The notes under the pieces are model-generated. The model searched no databases, had not been told where the DNA came from, and saw only the letters and a list, made by a program, of their open reading frames with translations. DNA of 64,000 nt from Cyanophora paradoxa CCMP329 (Eukaryota; Plantae; Glaucophyta): the NCBI GenBank assembly GCA_004431415.1, contig QPMI01000191.1, positions 12,570 through 76,569 on the forward strand, in the 5' to 3' direction. Below, piece by piece: positions 59,432-64,000 of the stretch; positions within the stretch are counted from its first letter, which is position 1; every line of letters starts with the position of its first letter. Position numbers and translations under genes: made by a program.

Positions 59432-62400
59432 TCACTCCTCGCGGGCGAGGGCGTGGCAGAGCTGGCGGGCGAGGGCGGCCTGCGGGGCGCCGGCGAGCTC
59501 GAACTGGCGGAAGGCGAGGGCGCCCTCCTCCGGCCCCCGCCACTCCACCACCAGCTGCCGGCTCCCCGGCGCCGTCTGCAACGCCCGCACCACCCCTGCC
59601 GAGCCCCCTCAGCTGCCCCGGCCGCGGCCGGCAAAACGAGGGGGCGGCGCTTGGGGGGCGCGGGCGGACGCTCGGTGGGGACGCTCCAGAGGGGGCCCCG
59701 TCGGGGCGGGAGGCGCGGAGCTCGGGGCCGGCGAGCTCCAGCGCGCCGCCCCGGCGAGGGCAGCCGCAGGAGCGGCTCCGCGGGGAGGGCACGAGGAGGC
59801 CCCGGGGCCGAGCGGGCGGGCGGGCGGAGGCGGCGGGCGGCGGGCGGGAGGGAGGGCGGCCTGGCGCACCCCCTCCGCGACCGCCGCGACCGCGTCCAGC
59901 ACCGCCACCGCCCCTTCGCCAGCGCCCTGCGCCCCGCGCCCCGTGAGCCGCCCGGGGGCGCGCGGCCGCGGGGCCGCACTCGAAGATGCCGCGGCAGAAG
60001 GTGGCCGCCCCGCTCGAGCCGCCCTCCCGCGCCCCCTCCACCGCCCCCGCCTCGCCGCCCCCGCCGCATCGGCCGCCCCCTGCAGCAAGTCTCGCGCGGA
60101 GGCCCCGAAAAGGGGTGCGGGGCGGGCCGCGGGCGCAGGCGCGGACCTCGGTGAGAGAGTCAGCGGCGCGGCGTAGGGCGCCGGCGGGGCCGCCGCGGTG
60201 GCGCTTCTCGATGGCGCGCCGGCGCCGCGCGAAGGCGCGGTCACCCGTCGCCGTCGCGAGGCCTGCGGCGGCATCAGAGCAGCCGGCGCGGGGGCGGCGG
60301 GGCGCGGGGCGCGCGCGCCCTTGCCGAAGGAGCGCGGCGCGTTCGTCGCCGCGTCCGCAACGCCGTACAGCACCCGCCGCGCTGCCCGCGCCCCGCCCGC
60401 TCGTCCACAGGCGGGCCGGGCGGGCGGGGCGAGGCGGGGCGGGCACCGAGGGAGCGGGCGCCGTCGGCGGCGCCCTGGGCGAAGGCGGCGGGGCCCTCGG
60501 CGAGGCCCTCCGCCGGCGAGTAGAAGAAGTCCGCCACCCCTGCCCCCCGCCCCGCCTCAGCACGGCGGGGCAGGCGGGGCGGGCGGGCGGGAGGGTGCGG
60601 CGCGCCGCTGCCGATGCTGCCGAGGGCGGCGGCGGGGCTCCCGACGAGCTCCGCCCCGCCCAGCGCCCGCGCCACCTCGCGCCCCGCCTGCATCCCCCGC
60701 GTGAGGCGCCGCGAGCTCCGCAGGGCGGGCGGGGCGGGCCTGGGAGGCGTAGTGGTCGAGAAGGCGCGGGAGGAGGCAGGCGGCGGGGGCCGAGGCGTTG
60801 CGCAGCAGCAGCGCCCGCAGCCGCAGCGGCGCGCCCTCCACGTTCGCCAGCCTGCCCAGCCGCCCCACCGCGTCACGACGGAGCGGCGGGCGGGGCGGGC
60901 GGGGCGGGCGGGGCGGGCGCACGCGACGCCGAGGCCGGCGAGGAGCGGCCCGACGCCGAAGCGCGCGGCGGCGGCGCGCCCCGCCCCCTTCTGCACGTCC
61001 TGCACCCCCCTCCCCGGCGTCACGCGAGAGCCAGCGCGAGGCGGCTCGGGCGCGGCGGCGGCTCAGCACCCGGCGAGCGACGGGACGGGTCCGAGGAAAG
61101 CTTGCTTAAGTGGCTTAAGGGGCGGGCGGGCGGTGCTCCTATCGACTCCGCCGGCGGCGGGGTGGGCGGGGGCGGCGCCTGGGGCAGGGTCTCGAGGGTG
61201 AGGTTGATGGCGACGGGCTGGAGGAGGAGCACGTCGGCGTGCAGGCGGAGGGCGGAGGGGGCCGGCGGGGCGCCCCAGAGCTCCCCCACGGGGGCCCGCC
61301 GCCCCCCCGAGAGGGACCCCGCCGAGGAGCCCGAGGAGGAGCGGGGCCGGGGGCCGGGCCCGGGCCCGGGGCCCGGCGCGAACTCGGCGGCGGCGTCGAG
61401 GAGTTGGGCGGGGGCCGGGGCGGGCGGAAGGCGCCCGGGCGGGGCCGCCGGCCGAGGCGGGCGGGCGAGGGGGACGAGGGCGGTGAGGAGCTCCTCCTCG
61501 AGGCGGAGGTCCATCTCCTGCAGGAGGAAGGAGGCGTAGAAGAGGCGCGCCACGCCCCGCCCGGCAGCTCCAGCGCGAGGGCGGCGTGCAGGTCCGGGGG
61601 GGCCTCTTGCGGGGCCTGCGCCCCCCGGCGGGCGGCGCGGGCGCGCCCGGCGGCGGTGCCCGTGCGGCGGAGGACGACGGAGAAGGCGGCGTCGGGCAGG
61701 CACGAGTCCACCTGCCGCCCCCTCAGAGGGGAGCGACGGGGGAGGGAAGGAAAGGGGCGGGCGGTGGGGGCGGGCCTGGATGGTGCGGACGGCGAGCTCG
61801 AGGGCGAGGGAGGGGGCGGCGGCGTGCGTGGGGCCCGGCCCGTAGGCCGCCGTCCCGTGCACCTCCGAGAGCGTCGCGTTCGCCACCTGCCGCCGCCTCA
61901 GCCGGGGCGGGGCGAGGGCGGGGTGGAGGGCGGGGGCGGGCCTCGCGGCGGGGCCCGCTCGTGAGGAGCGACACGCCGACGCGCGGCAGGTCCACCGACA
62001 GCTGCGGGGCCATCAGAGAGGGGGCGGGACGCAACGCAAACGAGGCAGAAAGGCGGGCAGACCTTAAGGGCGAGGCCCGGGGCGTGCCGCTGGGCGCGCT
62101 CCGTCCCCTCGACGCCCATCTCCCCGCCGGCCGCCCGCAGCTGCCGCCGCGCCGCGCGGTCGTCGCCGCCCTCCGGGGCCCCGGAGCGCGCAGGTCGCGC
62201 GCGAGGAGCACGCGGCAGCCGCCGCGCCCCAGCAGCGTCACGAGCTCCAGCGGCGGGCTCAGCACGCCCTCCCCTGCGCCCCCGGCGATCAGATCGCCTG
62301 CGGGGGCGCGGGGCGGGGCGGGGCGGGGCTGTCCCCCCGCCGCCCCTGGGACGCGCCGTAGAAGCCGTGGTGCTTGACGGAGCCGAGGGAGAGCACGGCC

Positions 62401-64000
62401 GGGGCAGGCCCCCCGGCGCCCCCTCCACCCGCACCTGCTCGCCCCGCGCCCCTCAGGCAGTGCGGGCGGGGCGGGCCGGGCGGGGCACGGGCCTCGAGGC
62501 GGCGGGGGCGGAGGGCTCGTCCCACGCGAAGGCGGCGGAGGCGCCCGGGGCGAGGCGGGTCGCCGGGTAGCGCCCGCCCTCGCCCTCGGGCCCCGCCTGC
62601 GCGCAGAGGAGCGCGTGCGCGGCCGAGGCGTTGCGGAGGGCGAGCGCCGGCGGCGCCCCGGGCTCCCGCAGCCGCAGCGCCGCCCGCAGCGCCCCGCCCC
62701 GCTCATCCACGGCCAGCACGGCGTGCAGGAGGGCGGGGCCGGCCCCCGGCTGGCGGGCGGCGGCGGCGGAGGGCGAGGGGCGACTCGCCGACCTCGTCGC
62801 AGCGGGCGGCCCCGAGGGGTGCCACGCCGCCCCCTCCCCGCCCTCCTCCCCGCCGGCGCCCTCGAGCTGGAAGCGGAGGAGGAGCGGGGCGGCGGGTCGG
62901 GCGGGCAGAGGAGCGGCGCCACCTCGCCGGGCCCGAGGAGCCCGCCCTCGCCGGCCCCCGCCGCCGCGGGGCGCAGCGCGGCGTCGAGCACGCGCACGGG
63001 CCGCGCCGTCTCGTTGCGGAGGACGGCGCGCGGCTCGAGGCGCACGACGGCGCTGCGCCAGAGCTTCCCCGCGCCCCGCTCCACGCGCACCACCAGCGCC
63101 GGCGCCGCCTGCCCGGGCGGGCGGGGAGGGAGAGGATGCGGGGCGGGCCGGGGGCGTCGACGCGCAGCGGGGCGGCGAAGGGGCCCCCGGAGCGGCCAGC
63201 CCGATGCAGAGGTTCTCGTGCTTGCGGAAGAGACCCCACCGCTCGTCGCGCGCCCACAGCAGCGGCGGCGGCGGCGGCCGGTCGGGCGCGCGCGGGGCCC
63301 CGCGTCGGGCCCGAGGTTGGCGGCGGGGGAGCGGGCGCGGGCGAGGGCGGCCGGCTCCTGCCCGGGGGCCTCGCGGCCGGCGGCGGCGTCGCGGAAGACG
63401 AGAGGCAGGGCGGTGAGGTTCTCGACCCAGGCGTCCGCCCAGAGGGTGACGCGGAGGGGCAGCCGCCCCGGGCGGGCGGCGAGGGAGCAGCGGAGCGGGA
63501 GGGCCCGCCCCGCCTCGTCCCGCAGCACCACCGCCTGCTCCCCCTGCGCCCCGCTCGGAGGGGGAATCGAAGGAAAGGAGAGGAGAGGAGAGGAGAGGAA
63601 TGGAAAGGAAAAGAAAGGAAAGGAAAGGGGAGAGAGGGGCGGGCCTTGAGGCGGTCGTAGTGGCCGAAGCGGGGGAGGAGGGTGACGAAGCCCGAGCTCC
63701 CGTAGCGCGCCGCGCACACCAGCAGCGCCAGCGGCTGCACCGGTACCCCCCGCCCCTCAGCCCCCGCGCGAGGCGGGAGGATCGGGCTAGAGCTAAGAAT
63801 CTAAGCGTGGCGGGCAGAGAGGGCGGCGGGGGCGGCGCGAGGCGGCGGAGGCGGGCGTGCGGGGCCGGGGGCGGGAGGGCACGGCGGCGAGGACGGGGGC
63901 GAGGAACTCGGCGTCCTCCTCCGGCACCAGCGAGCCGGCCCACTCCCTGCGCCCCCGGCCTTCAAGACTAAGACAAGGCGAGGGAGGGCGGAAGCTCAAG
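59432..64000 (-). CDS. VPS13: VPS13-family lipid transfer protein, C-terminal part (5' end outside window)
   Basis: WVENLTALPL, AFAWDEP, PRVGVSLL, IQVDSCLP, LLQEMDLRLEEELL, ANVEGAPLRL, LVGSPAAALGSIGSGVADFFYSPAEG. Confidence 0.92.

Noticed and set aside
1540-63999. Many long Arg/Gly/Pro/Ala-rich ORFs in the ORF track
   Set aside because: Shadow frames and intron read-through in very GC-rich DNA; spliced models explain them.
1-64000. tRNA, rRNA and snRNA genes
   Set aside because: None recognised by eye; a covariance-model search would be needed to exclude them.

Overview
Gene-dense, very GC-rich eukaryotic nuclear DNA with about 25 intron-rich genes. Introns are mostly about 50-70 nt, GC-AG donors are frequent, and micro-exons go down to 5 nt. 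Phe-initial transit peptides (MAF.., MF..), a cyanobacterial-type TopA, a CCDC40-like protein and ZCRB1 suggest a flagellated alga, most likely a glaucophyte such as Cyanophora (inference). Recognisable genes: APC permease, AP2-like factor, GT77 glycosyltransferase, NDUFB7, mL53, TopA, CDK5RAP3/C53, RPA1, sphingosine-1-phosphate lyase, RNASEH2B, an unusual UBL-MUS81-like nuclease, DCC1, a CBM20 protein, ZCRB1, GDP-mannose transporter, Derlin, a LON substrate-binding-domain protein, a RING-H2 gene and the 3' part of VPS13. The most striking signal is non-coding. Unconstrained DNA is riddled with a stereotyped micro-insertion, X-rc(X)-X or X-C-rc(X)-G-X (X usually 3 nt). Four internal duplications show the empty and filled states side by side. 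The pattern fits hairpin-type excision footprints of a C...G-ended transposon with a 3-bp target duplication acting as a major mutational force (inference). Exon boundaries were read by eye. Several 1-nt frameshifts in G/C runs look like assembly errors.
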